Shown piece by piece: positions 38,851 to 52,630 of a stretch of 64,000 nucleotides of DNA. The DNA comes from Eledone cirrhosa (Eukaryota). Position 1 is the stretch's first letter. Each line of letters begins with the position of its first letter. The DNA is taken from the NCBI GenBank assembly GCA_964016885.1, contig OZ024743.1, forward strand, positions 252,402,001 through 252,466,000. The letters are read 5' to 3'. The translations under genes and the position numbers were made by a program. The notes below the pieces were generated by a model. The model was not told the origin of the DNA. It ran no database searches and worked only from the letters and a program-made list of their open reading frames with translations.

Positions 38851-39961
38851 TTCTGTCTATCCTGTAGGGGAAATGTTCTAGTGATACACACACACACATA
38901 CATACACATGTGTATGTATGTATATAAGTAGTTATGTAGTATTGCAAGAAATTGGTACAAATAAATTGTGGAGAAAGACAGTGAGAAAATGAGAGAAATA
39001 GTGACAGTAGGAGAGAGTGAGAACCGGAGATAGAGTGTGTATGTCATGAGACTGTGTAATTGTGCTCAATGAAGCAAGAAATGAAATTTAGGTACAAGCT
39101 AAGTTGTAAACTTTGTTCAGTTCATAAGATGTCTACTTTATCAGTTCTGAAGGCTGCAACATAAGCTACCAATACAGATACATTCCAAACACACAGCTAC
39201 CATGAAGTTGGTGGAATTGGAGAGGGAGCCAAATATATATCTGTTTTATTTGTTATTCTGTATGATGAACTATTGTCATTTGAGATAGGAAGGCAGTGGA
39301 ATTGGTAGTAGTGATTTACTAATTTATAATAAATATTTCCAGACAAACAACTCCATTTGGCTGTGTGGATAAGAAGTTCGCTTCACAACCATATGGTTTC
39401 TTTCATTAGAAGTGTGTTAAGACCACTTTATTTTACAGTTTTCTATTAACGCATCAGTCACTTTTATTAATTGTTAAGTCCTTATAGTGGGAAAGACCCT
39501 TCTCTCTTATAAACACATATATACATCAGATCTGAACACAAAAGAACCACTGTCCTACTGTATGGGTGGTGGTACCTGAGACAAGTGTCTTTTATTTAAT
39601 ATATATATAATACATATATATACCTATAGCGATTCAATATTGCGCAGCAACCATTCCATTGTTGTTTGATGATAGTGTGTGACTGAGATATACAAACTAC
39701 ATGGCCATATAAAAAGATCAACTCGTGATGTGGGTAGATTATGCTTGGAAGGAAGGTTGGCTGGTAGGAGAAGCAGAGGCTGGCAGCCAAAACGATGGCT
39801 TCACAATGTCAATCCATGGAGTGGACTTGATCTTTGCTCTTTGAACTCTGTTGCTCGTGATCAAACTTTGTGGGAGAGATATGTTAATGCGCAGTCTGCA
39901 ACTGGCAGAGTTTAGTGTCAGAAAGAATATATATATAATTCATATGTATATAATATGTAGA

Positions 39962-40013
<52 letters not shown>

Positions 40014-40181
40014 GAATAAACAAGAGAGATAAACACTAATATAAACATACATGTGTCCGAATCGTAAGGACTAGGTTTGCTAGGGTGAACAAATAATAAC
40101 TACAGAAATATGGTATGTCAGACTTAATTTAAAGTAATAAATCAAGAAAAATAACAAACCTATATCGGGCAACTGCCTGGG

Positions 40182-40264
40182 AACAACTAGACAGTTATGG
40201 AAACTGTTTCACAAAATTATATTAAGCGAAGTCAACACCATTTCTCTGCTGATCAGTAGTTGTT
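40182..40264 (-). ncRNA. Type-I hammerhead with full stem III and a G8C core change
   Basis: AACAACTA CTGATCA GCAGAG...TTTTGT GAAAC AGTT TCCAT AACT GTC TAGTTGTT. Confidence 0.75.
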
Positions 40265-41302
40265 GAGAAATTAGCGATCCTTCCACTTCTAAAAATATTA
40301 GAAGACTGAATTGTGTGCGATATGAAATAGCGCACGTGTCTTCGGAGCCTAGCTTGTCTCGTAACCCTAAGCCGCTAAAAATAGCAGCCTGGTTAACCCG
40401 ACATTAAAATTAACTCTACATGATGGAGCCGACAAATATATACTGAGTTAGAAACTCAAAGTAGTCTCTTACAATTAAATAGCTCTAAGAAAAAAGCATG
40501 AGCATAAATGAAATTATGACTGTCACGTGAACAAGTACATTAAATTTCGTGCCCGTATTTTGGAATTTTTTTATAGCTATTTAGAGAATTTTGTGCCAAA
40601 CAAAAGATAAAGGTCAAGAAAAAGGGATGGAGAGAGTTGCTCTGAGTATGACTGATGTGCTGAAATGTAATTTGATTGGTTATAAATTAAATTATGACTG
40701 TCACGTGAACAAGTTCATTAAATTTCGCACCCGTATTAGTGAATTTATTTTGTAGCATTTTAGAGAATTTTGTGGCAAAAAATTCCAAAGTACGGGTGCG
40801 AAATTTAATATACTTGTTCATGTGACAGTCATAATTTCATTTATAACCAATAAAATTACTTTTATAAAAAAAAAGCCTTCGTGAGCCACTTTTTTTAAAG
40901 TAAAAAGAAATTCAAACACAAACTGGCGTGAAAGCTGATGTGCTTATTCACTAGACTGCATCAACCAACCAAACTTCACTCATATATGAAAAAACAACCT
41001 AAGCCCGCCACCCCTTTGTTTGAAAAACTTTGTAACGCGAACTGGCGCGAAATTTATTATACTTATTCACCAACCAATCAAATTACTTCTCTAAAAACCT
41101 GGCATTTCGAGCCACATTTTTCCATATAAAACAGAAGTAACATTCAAAGACCAACCAGATGTGAGAAAAACCACAGACCCTCCATCTCAACTCTACTTTT
41201 GAAAAGCAGAAGAACTGCGAAACCGGTAAAGAAACCCAAAAAATATATATATTTAAAAAAAAAAGACTCCAGTAGCATTTTCGATTTCATCTTCTTTCCT
41301 TA

Positions 41303-41385
<83 letters not shown>

Positions 41386-41388
<3 letters not shown>

Positions 41389-41571
41389 AGTATGTTTTGA
41401 AACAGTGAGCAGGTTTGAAATTAGAAAATAGAATAGTTTTCACCGTATTTTTGACGAAAGGAATTTTAGCCTGATAATGGGGTTTAGAACCCTCAGATAA
41501 ATGGAAAAAGATGAGTATTGACGTACATCAGGGTAAAATTCCTTTAGTCAAAAATACGGTGAAAGCTATTC

Positions 41572-41581
<10 letters not shown>
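41386..41581 (-). mobile_element. Mini hairpin-plus-tail element, same family as 60797-61052
   Basis: IR about 41421-41475 / 41526-41581; (TA)n flanks. Confidence 0.8.
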
Positions 41582-41663
<82 letters not shown>

Positions 41664-41664
41664 T

Positions 41665-42389
<725 letters not shown>

Positions 42390-43793
42390 GATTTTGAGTT
42401 TATGTTGGTTGTATACCAACACCTCAGTATGCAGGCTGGAACACTCGACGAAGTGCGCAGGTTGGTTTGGTTACTCCGGAGTAGTGTAAAATAAAGTTAA
42501 ATAAAAGTCAAATGATTAAAATTTAGCTTCGTTTATTACTGCTATATATATTTAAGTGACAGCCATCTTTGGCTGTGACCTCTTCAGGCAGTTTGAATTA
42601 GTATGGTATAGACAAGTACATATGTTGTTGAGGTGTATAATATTGTCAATACTCTGATATGCCCAGTTCCTTGTTGGGTTGTTATTTCACTGAGGAACTG
42701 GAGTCATATGAATTCAAACAAACGAATTTCAGTGTCAAAAGTCCTCTTCTCCTCTCATTGGTCAGTTATTAGAACATTCCTCATTCTAAGTGTTGTTATT
42801 GTTGGAGTTAGCTTAAAAAATTGATAAAATGGTAGAAGGGACAAGGTGTTAAAGGAACAAAATAAAAAAAAAGTGTCAAACTTCCCATTGGTCAGTTTTG
42901 AGAGCATTCCTCAGTCAGATGTCTATAGAATTCTTTCTGGGGTGAGGCTCCCTGTAGTGTTTTTGCTTGCTATTGTTCAGTACATTTGACCTCTACCATT
43001 ATTTTGGTAGTGTTGTTGGTGTTGTGGTCAGCTTATATTTTGCTGCTGCTAACAATTTAGAAGTATCCAGTGTGTGTTTTTTCTTCATCCCTCCTGCCAC
43101 CATCATAGTGGTGGTGGTGGTGGGTGGGGGTGGGGTTCTTCCATGTATATGAAGAAATATAAGGCAATAAATGAAGAAAACAGAAAATAAATAAATAATA
43201 TAATAAAATAATTAATATAATTTGTATAATTTGAAAATAAATAAATAAATAGAGAATAAAGAATAAATGAAAAATTGGTGAAAAGGTAATGAAAATGAAT
43301 ATGGAGAAGTGAGAAATAATGTAGGATAAAGTGTGTGTGTGCTATAACCAATCTCAAGGTCAGAATATGTTAGATAGATTGGTATGAGACAAGATGTTAA
43401 GATAAGATAATCAAACTAAATGTGTTTGTGTTACAATCAATCTCAACTTAAAAATAAATATAAGGTGATACAGTGAAGAGGGCAGAAAACAAATAACAAA
43501 TTAATAAAGAGAAATCAGGATTTAAAATTGGAACTTGAAAATCAGAAATCTAGTAAATTAAAAAGTGTTTGTGTTATATAGATGTTAGCCAAATTATAAT
43601 GGCTGTGTCCGATTCTATCTCTAGGCTATCATGGTGTCTGCTCAGCCTGGGTTGTTCCCTATGGCTTGAGGGGAGTTCACAACCTAGGGTGTTGTTACTG
43701 TCCATATAGCTTGAGGGAGGTCTGGCCGAGAGGTGTTTTCATGTTCTGTAGAAGTCCCAAAAGCTTGAGGGGAGTTCACATCTTCTTGTGTTG

Positions 43794-44600
43794 TTACTGT
43801 CCATATATCTTGAGAAAGGTCCCGGCTCTAAGGTGTCTGCATGTCCTGAAGAAGTCGGTTCTGAGGTTTATCAGGCCGCTTCCACCTCTTAGTATCTCGA
43901 GGGTCTCGTTCAGGCATAGTTTGCATATGCAAGATCCCCCTTTATCGGGTGGTACTTTCCTGATTATGTACCAGGCCAGAGAGTATGGGGTCCTGTCCAG
44001 CTTAAGCTTCCAGATCAGGTCGGAGAGAGCTGTGCTTTTCCTTTTGGCCTCCTTCTTGAATGAATGGCGATGGTTGTACCAGCGGTCTTTAAAGCTCGTT
44101 GATGTGGCTCCTATGTAGAGGTGTTCGGAGTTGGGGGTTTTAACCCTACAACCGTACACTAGGTTCTTCTTGAGGCATTCATTACCAAGGGGGCATGATT
44201 CGGGGTTTCTGCAGTTGCAGATGGTGGTCGACCTCTGCGTGCCTAGATTAGGGTTCCCGTTATGTGTTACATGTTGGTCTTCCCCCAGGCTCGGTAGGGG
44301 GTCCTCGGGTCTGTTTGGGTTTCTTGGGTGGGCTCTGGGTCCTCCCTGCCCTCCTTTCACATGGTTCTGTTGAGTGTTTGTATTGCCATCTTCTGGTTGT
44401 GTGTGGTTTTTAAGCCTACTTCTGTTGATGCTAGCTATGTGTTGGGCCAAATTTCTCGTGGTGGAATACGAAAGCTTCACAATGTGTCTGTTGAAGATCC
44501 TGTGGTATACGTGGTCCCTCGGGAAGCATTTGTCAAGTGCTCCAAAGAATAATCGGGCCAAGCTTTTCTTTAGGGCCGCTGAGTAGGGTGGGTTGTACCA
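43794..44600 (-). pseudogene. PLE C-terminal GIY-YIG endonuclease region
   Basis: CNCRNPESCPL..EC...LVY, YIGATSTSFKDRWYNH, STALS.LIW, CKLCLNE, TCRH. Confidence 0.88.
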
Positions 44601-44965
44601 CGTGATTTTTCGGTGTCTCCTCCTATATGTGTGGGTCGGGGGCTTCGTGATTTGTTGGAGATTTGTTGGGTTGCTGGTGGTTTCCGCACTGTTGCTTCCC
44701 CTTTGGGCTCTATGCTTTTTGTTATTTTCGCGGCCCGAATTTGTGGGGTGGTCGTTGTCCGCCCCGGGAGATCCATCGTGGGGTGGTCGCCCGTTTCCCC
44801 CTACTTGTCCTGCGGTTGGGGTCGTCCGTCCTGGGGTGGTTAGCGTCTCGCCTGAGACTGCTACTCATATTTTGCTCCACCTCGTGGTCAAGCGCACTAG
44901 TCCCCACTGCCCGTGTGGTGGTGTCGGGCATATGGTGCCTATTTGATTCTGCTCTGCCTGTATTG

Positions 44966-46471
44966 TTAGGGTTCGCTCCCACCCCCCCGGGCAACGCGGT
45001 TGTGGGTGTCTGTTGGGCTATTCCCATCCCGGCTATTCGGACTATATGTTATATTTTGGCCATGTGCCGCCTTCTTTAGAGCTGCGTTGTAATATTCCGC
45101 GTGGTTATTGAATATTTCCTTACTTGCGGACAGGCTGGAGATCCTGTCCGAGACATTCTTCACCACTGCCTTGGTTATGGATCTAGGGTGGTTTGATTTG
45201 GCGTTAACATATACGAGTTTCTCGTTGGGCTTGTGGTAGGGGCAGTATTGCTCGGTGTTCAGGTTTAGGGTGGTGTCTAGGAAGTTAACTACCTTCCTAT
45301 TTGGGTCTATTTCTATGCTGAGCCCCTGGTTCTTAAAGAAATGGCGAATACGCCTCCTCATACCCTCCAACATATTAGTGCTGTGGTCATATACTGTGAA
45401 TAGAGCATCGTCACGATATAATCCGCCGCCCAGGCAGGGGATTTCATCTTTTATCTGCTTCAGCAGGTAGAGCCCAACCAGGTCCGTTACCTGCGCTGAG
45501 TCGCTGGAGCCCATCGTGATGTCAAAGTTATTTGGCCAATCACTCCTGGTCCAAAGGTCTCCATCGAAGCGGATTAAGGTCTTTCTTGCGGCGTGGATGA
45601 TGCTCACCTCCTCTCGGGTTCGGTCCGTATTGGACATCGCTAAAAATAGGGCCTTATTAAGTACTATGGGTGAGATTGAGGAGTAGTAGCTTGCGATGTC
45701 CAGTTGTATAAAGCTGGTCCTACTTTTCTCATGCAGTATTTTGAACCATTCTATTACTTCTCCCGTGCATGACCATTGCTGTAATTTAGTTTTCTTCCGA
45801 AGCTTGGGCAAAATCCTATCCAGTATTCTTTTACTGACGATCCCTAGGTCAGATCTGGAGGGGGCTGTTAGTCTGACAGGGAGGTCGGACTCAAAGTTTG
45901 GCTTGTGGTCTTTAAGGGTAATCCGCGGCTCCCTTGGTTGGTATGGAGCCGTCCTGTCCTCTATGCCGATTCTGGATATAATCCTGTAAGCTGTGGCATT
46001 GATCTCATCCAGGGTAAATCCAGGTGTTTTTTGTAGCACTTCCTCAGTTCCCTGAGGATTAGCTTATTGTACAGTTCAGTGTTCATGTTGTAGAGGTTGT
46101 TTGTTTTGTCAGCATGGACAAGTATTCCAGTTGTCACTTTAAGTACTATAATCCGGTTTCTCAGGTGTCTGAGGTACTCCTGAATTCTGGTTGGGTTTCC
46201 GGAGAATTTGAGGTTGGATATGATGTTAATCATCTCGTTTTCAAACTCCTCCATTAGTCTGTTGTGGGGGGGGGGGATTCCTCCTTGATCGAAAAAGGTA
46301 CTCCATGTTTTGTGTGTTGGTAATTTTCTGCGTTCCTCTTTCGAAGTGGAACGCCTTCCATCTCATCCTACGGATGAGGGAGTCCGTACTCTTGATGAGA
46401 TCACTGGTGTAATCTCGTTTATCAGGTAGGGGAATGTCCTTCAGTGACGCTAAGGTTGCCAGTTTATCCAT
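44966..46471 (-). pseudogene. PLE N-terminus and reverse transcriptase, at least two frameshifts
   Basis: IRRMRWKA, ADKTNNLY, TLKDHKPNF..DLPVRL, DIASYYSSI, FDITMGS, LYRDDAL, NFLDTTLNL, PYHKPN, SNHP. Confidence 0.92.
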
Positions 46472-47201
46472 AGTGACTTACGTCCGCTACTGTTTGAAGC
46501 GCTCAACCCGTGTGGGAGCTATATAAACTGGCAACCTTAGCGTCCCACACGGGTTGAGCGGTCTAGAACCCCACCCCCACCCACCACCACCACCACTATG
46601 ATAGTGGCAGGAGGGATGAAGAAAAAACACACTGGATACTTCTAAATTGTTAGCAGCAGCAGAATATAAGCTGACCACAACACCAACAACACTACCAAAA
46701 TAATGGTAGAGGTCAAATTTACTGAACAATAGCAAGCAAAAACACTACAGGGAGCCTCACCCCAGAAAGAATTCTATAGACTTCTGACTGAGGAATGCTC
46801 TCAGAACTGACCAATGGGAAGTTTGACACTTTTTCTTTTATTTTGTTCCTTTAACACCTTGTCCCTTCTACCATTTTATCAATTTTTTAAGCTAACTCCA
46901 ACAATAACAACACTTAGAATGAGGAATGTTCTAAAAACTGACCAATGAGAGGAGAAGACCTTTTACACTGAAATTCGTTTGTTTGATTCATATGACTCCA
47001 GTTCCTCAGTGAAATAACAAACCAACAAGGAACTGGGCATATCAGAGTATTGACAATATTATACACCTCAACAACATATGTATTTGTCTATACCATACTA
47101 ATTCAAACTGCCTGAAGAGGTCACAACCAAAGATGGCTGTCAGTTAAATATATATAGCAGTAATAAACGAAGCTAAATTTTAATCATTTGACTTTTATTT
47201 A

Positions 47202-47271
<70 letters not shown>

Positions 47272-47274
47272 ATG

Positions 47275-47718
47275 ATATTAAATAAATGGAAACTATATTT
47301 ATAAAACCATATTTATTCTATTATTTATATTTCAAGGGTATCAAATTTTGGTACGCTCTCATCAGATAAAATACAAAATTTGTTTTATAAATAATTGGCA
47401 TAACCAGGAAGAAGAACTTTACGGTTCAAGTTTTTTCCGGATAGTCATCCTATCCAGGAAAAACTTGAACCGTTAAGTTCTTCTTTCTGGTTATGTCAAT
47501 TATTTATAAAACAAACTTTGTATTTTATCTGACGAGAGCGTACCAAAATTTTGGTACCCTTGAAATATATATAATGGAATAAATATGGTTTTATAAATAT
47601 AGTTTCCATTTATTTAATATATATTGAATATTATACTCCAGAAAATTTGTCGAGTGCTTTGAATCAGTTATAAACGTTTATATTTGTTGAATTACCAACA
47701 AATTGAATATCCCTTTTG

Positions 47719-47720
<2 letters not shown>
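47275..47720 (+). mobile_element. Hairpin-plus-tail element (arms of about 170 bp, 5-nt loop) with a hammerhead in each arm
   Basis: IR about 47275-47444 / 47450-47620 centred on GGATAG-TCATC-CTATCC; tail to 47720. Confidence 0.88.
47522..47580 (+). ncRNA. Type-I hammerhead ribozyme (mirror copy at 47315-47373, minus strand)
   Basis: ATTTTAT CTGACGA GAGCGTACC AAAATTTT GGTACCCTT GAAA TATATATA ATGGAAT. Confidence 0.8.
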
Positions 47721-47759
<39 letters not shown>

Positions 47760-47924
47760 TCATCATCATCATCATCATCATCGTTTAGCATGGAAGATGG
47801 ACGTTAAACGATGATGATGATATATATATATATGTATAACTTTAATTTTGATAACTTTGATAGGTTTCGGCCAGTATTGGCCCAGACCATGTCTACCTTA
47901 ATAGCACCAGCTGGCGAAGTCTTT

Positions 47925-48770
47925 CAAATCAGGATTTGGACAACATAGCCCACTCAGGTAGAGAGATATTGTTTATAGAGACATATCCAGGTGTAGGAGA
48001 TTTATCTGGGATTTCTTGGAGGAATTTGTCTGAACATGCTTTGACCGTTATGGGGTCAGTTTCTGTTTTAATGTATTTTGGTGTCATGTTATAGAGAGTG
48101 GGACTAGTTGAGGTGAAATAATTGTGCTGTAATTTTGTTATGAGATGCAAAATTTGTTTTTGTTGTGGGCAGATAGCACGGATCCCAAGCCTTTGGTGAC
48201 CTTAAAGTTGATGTCAACAACATTTGAGCAATGCTGATGGAATATTTTCCATATCATACAGAAAATGTAATGCTCTCGGTGGCATTGGAGAGAATAGAGT
48301 TTGAGCTTTTCTAGTCAACCTAAATAGTCAAAGCCTGTTATGCCATCTATCTTTTTTGTGATTGACCTTTCATTTGCTTCAATTTTTATAATACTTTGAT
48401 TCATAGAGGTAGACCACAGTGAACAATAGTATTGACGTTGGGGTTGTGCAAAATTAGAGAAGAGAAGGATAATGGTGTGGATATCTCTCAACAGGAAAGT
48501 TCTGAGAATCCAGGAAGACATTCTGCAAGCCATGTTAACTTTGTTGTTTATATGAGGGGCCCAGTTTATGTTGTAACCAACAATTACTCCCAAGTCTCTA
48601 ATATTGTTGGATGCCATGAGAGTTTCTCCTGAAGAAAGGGAATATGAGAATTTCAGTGCATTCTTTTTTCCAAAGTGGATTAATTCAAATTTATCCTCAT
48701 TCAGCAGCACATTGTTTTTTTCTGCCCATTGGATAACAGCAAGTAGATCTGATTGAAGGCAAAAAATGTG
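47925..48770 (-). mobile_element. CR1/L2-group LINE 3' fragment
   Basis: LNEDKFELIHFG...NIRDLGVIV...WILRTF...YYCSLWS...KFLQEIPD.P..PGY. Confidence 0.82.
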
Positions 48771-49329
48771 GGGTTGGACTTTGCCAATGTATAATATCTT
48801 GCTAAATAGATAGTGGTTCAGAGACGTAGAGTAGAATTAAGGAAATGAGAAGAAGGGGAAATCCAGGGCAAAGTAAGGTATGTGTCAAACAGCTATGTTA
48901 ATGTGGCTCTAGGATATGTTTAGATGCTAACATTCCATATGGCCTGAAACGATACATACAATTTTAGACTATAAGTTTAACATATACTTCTATTTCCATG
49001 ATTCTGAATTATAGACTACATACAAAATTTTGAATTATAATTTTAACATTTTCTGTTATTATCATTACTCTTAATATTGATAAGCATGCACATGTTATTT
49101 TCATTCTTCTAAAGGAACTATATCTATATATATATTTACAATTTTCACTAACATAACAATACCCTATAAGTTTAATAGATTCTACTAATGTGGTAAATTC
49201 GTTCATTCTAAATCATATGCTACCCATGCCTTGAAAAAGCAACACAATAATTCAGCACAGCATATCAAGGAATCGAAATAACATAAGTAAGCTTTATTCC
49301 ATCTTTATGTTTTTCTGTTTTTTCTGTTC

Positions 49330-49546
49330 AAATTCTAGCAGTCTGATGAGGTCATAGCTGTTGCATACCAGTTCCCACCAAAATATATATAACAGTGACT
49401 ATAAATAGACAAAGTTAATTATAACCTGTTGACTTGGACTTCTTGTTTATAAATATACTCCGGAGTAAACAGAACCACCTGCGCACTTTGTTGACTCTAC
49501 CCTGCATACTGAAGTGTCGATGATTAACCAACATGTACTCAAATTA
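49330..49546 (+). mobile_element. PLE pLTR 3' end with decayed hammerhead and tail related to 42390-42490
   Basis: CTGATGAGGT...ACC AAAA TATATATA; tail TACTCCGGAGTAA...ACCTGCGCACTT...CCTGCATACTGA. Confidence 0.65.
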
Positions 49547-50225
49547 TATATATATGGGTGGAGGTGGTGAGAGCAGACCTCAGATTGCTGAAACTCACAG
49601 AGGATATGACTAAGGACCGTGACAAGTGGAGAGATGCTGTGCTGAATAGGACCCGTCCCACCCTTGCAAGCAGGGAAAGCTGACGTAAAATGATGATGAT
49701 GATGATGATGATATATATATATATATATCTGTCACTACCTCTCCTCCTCCTCCTCTTTCTTCCCGTTTGACCTGTGAGTAACTCTTTTCTCTCACATTCT
49801 CGGCCAAGCTGGTCGGAATTTTTTTTCTCTCTCGTCTACGATTTCACAGAACTTATGTTTACCGAATTCGCAGACCAGACCCCTTCTTCCTCCCGTTAGA
49901 CCTGTGCGAAATTCCTTCCTTGCTCACATTTCAACCAGGTTTGATGGTCTTTATTCTCTCGTTCACGATTTCACCGAACTTAAATTCATAGAAATCTGGG
50001 ACTTGTCTCCTTCTTCCTCACTTTCTGTTGCCTTACCATTTTGTTTGTTTACCCTCGCGTCCCCTTTATTTACGTGTCCCAACGACTTTTTTTAGCCGTT
50101 GCTCGCACCAACCGGAGGTATATGGTCTTTAAAGCGCTGAAATGCCTATGATAGTTGGAAGATCACTGATGAAGGGCAAACTTTTTTCATATGTAACCCA
50201 TTTGCAACTCCGCAGCGCCCTTATT

Positions 50226-50293
<68 letters not shown>

Positions 50294-50836
50294 TGTTTCT
50301 TTATTAGCCACAGGGACACAAAAGAATAGATAGATACATAGATAGATAACATTTTCTTTAAGCTGACAGAATGAATAAATTTATAATTGTCACATTAAAT
50401 AAAACCAGTTTCAATTGGTATAACAATCTTATTAAATATTAGGTATTAAATATAAAATATTAAAAAAAAATGGTTTTTCATGTATTTTGGGAGCAGTTTG
50501 AATACATGTGAGTTCTCTGCCAACATTTCTTCTTAGATACGTGTTCTTTATGAAGGTGTAGTGGTGAAGCTGGAGGTGGCGTTCAACAGTTCAGTATTCA
50601 ATTGAATTCCCTTGGTTACGAATAGAAAATACTATGTGTTTCTCAAATGATATATAACTCTTTCTCTCTTTCTCTAAATATATCATATCAATGTGACTTA
50701 TTGATGCTCTGAACTAAGGTCCATTGAGCTTATCTTAAAAGAAACAGTTATCATATATATTAAATATGTTTTGATACCTTAAGATTGTGTTTGTGTATAT
50801 ATATATATATACACACACGTACATACATATATATAT

Positions 50837-50874
<38 letters not shown>

Positions 50875-51559
50875 GTTTATGTATATATATATATATGTAT
50901 GTATATGGATATATGTGTGTGTGTGTGTGTGTATGTATGTGTGTTTATGTAAGTGTGTGTGTGTATGTGTACACGAAAGGAGAAGACAAAGAAAATGAAA
51001 ATGAGACACTGGTATACAACACAGGTAAAATATAGAACCACCAGGAAGTGAACAGTAGATAAATGCTAAGGTGAAGACGACTAGAACTAAGAGAAACAGA
51101 GATCCTGGGATAAAGAAAGCCCAAGTACTCTATAATTTTGGCAAAAAAGGGACCAGATGGCATGGGGAAACTGGGATAGGCTGCAATTTTGCATACTGCA
51201 GGTTCTATGCAAGCTGCACCCAACTTACCCATTCTAAACACTCCAGCCAAATTCAGCATGGGCAAACAATACAGCAAACAAGGTCACTATCCAGGAAGTA
51301 TTCTGAGGTTGCATGTACTGCCCCGATGAAGAAGAGACAGTAGGCAGAAGCAATACAGACTGTAGCTGCACAAAAACATTTTTTTTTAAACACGGCAGAA
51401 AAGATTGTGTGACAGTTGACCTGGTTTAATCAGATACAAAGACAAAGTCAGTCACACCAACATTTATGACAACCACAATTAAAGGACCCAGATTGGACAC
51501 CACACCACTGATACCCATGTTGCCACCACTGACACAACAAATGTCACACCAGTGCTACT

Positions 51560-52630
51560 ATTAAATGTCAGAGACATGGTAAAACTGACCAACATAAATA
51601 AGATACCCTACCTAAGAGACTTCGCCACAAGCAATCAATCAATATGCATTGCACTAACTGAAACTCATCTGAGCTAGCATAGCAGATGCAGAAATACATG
51701 TACAAAAGTATGTTGTATTTCGTACAAACAGGAGGAAAAGAATTCACATTAGACTTGCTTCGTAGATCTGTGAAGATGTCACTATTCCAACTCTGTATGT
51801 GACGTGCTAATAGTACATGTAAAGCAACTGAAAATGGTAATATGTGGCACATATCAACCACCTGACATCCCTAGTCATGAGGACGAGATTGAAAATAACC
51901 TCAGAAAGATGTGAGAGTTGTTAATCAATTTGGATCAGAGTCTTAACATCCTGATTCTGGTAGATTTTAACCTCCCCAAGACCAAATGTATCACTCATGT
52001 ATGATGGCTTATAAACAAAGGTAGACAGAATCCTTGATAGACTTTACAAACAGAGTTTTATTGTAAGAGACCTTACTTCATTCAATAAGATGTAAGAATA
52101 TCTTAGATCTCTGCTTCACAAATAACATGGAACTCATCCACAATGTGAAAGTGACACCAACGATTTTCTCGGATCATAACATACAGCAATGGTCTATTTT
52201 TCCATAAAAGTGGCACACTGACTGCAGACCACAAAGAGATTAATGAGGCCCTGAATGAACCTCCAATGAGTCACATACAAATAAATAAGCCATTATATAG
52301 AGAAAACAACAATCTACCATATAGTTATAAAGGAGAAAGTTGTACATTAGCCATAGGCAAAAGGAAACCAAATTCAGCTGCTGAAAAATCCTGAAAAGGC
52401 TAGCACCAAACTTTGGTATTGAAGGTAGAACTAGACCATCAACAGGACACCACTGTGTAGTGTCGAAGGTCCCAACTATCTCATCAAGGATAAAAACCTC
52501 ATACTGCAATAAACTGGAGTTTAAAGGAACCAGCTCTTTAATAAGCTGCCAAAAAAAATCTGAAAGATCTACAAGGTGTGCATGTAAATGTTTTCAAGAA
52601 ACATCTTGACATTCTACTCACCAAGATCCT
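51560..52630 (+). mobile_element. Highly decayed CR1-like LINE remnant
   Basis: ALTETHL, Y.PP, DFNLP, NILDLCFTNN, SDHN fragments. Confidence 0.65.

Larger units (their letters stand above)
42390..47208 (-). mobile_element. Near full-length Penelope-like retroelement with inverted pLTR arms of about 645 bp and a 3' tail, inserted in (TA)n
   Basis: Arms 42491-43139 and 46565-47208, tail 42390-42490, RT plus GIY-YIG ORF 43794-46471. Confidence 0.93.

Noticed and set aside
42491-47208. DNA transposon with long TIRs
   Set aside because: It encodes PLE RT and GIY-YIG, not a transposase, and has a one-sided tail.
50165-50225. Hammerhead in the CTGATGAAGGGC...GCCCTT family
   Set aside because: No GAAA or stem III follows in any copy in this window.
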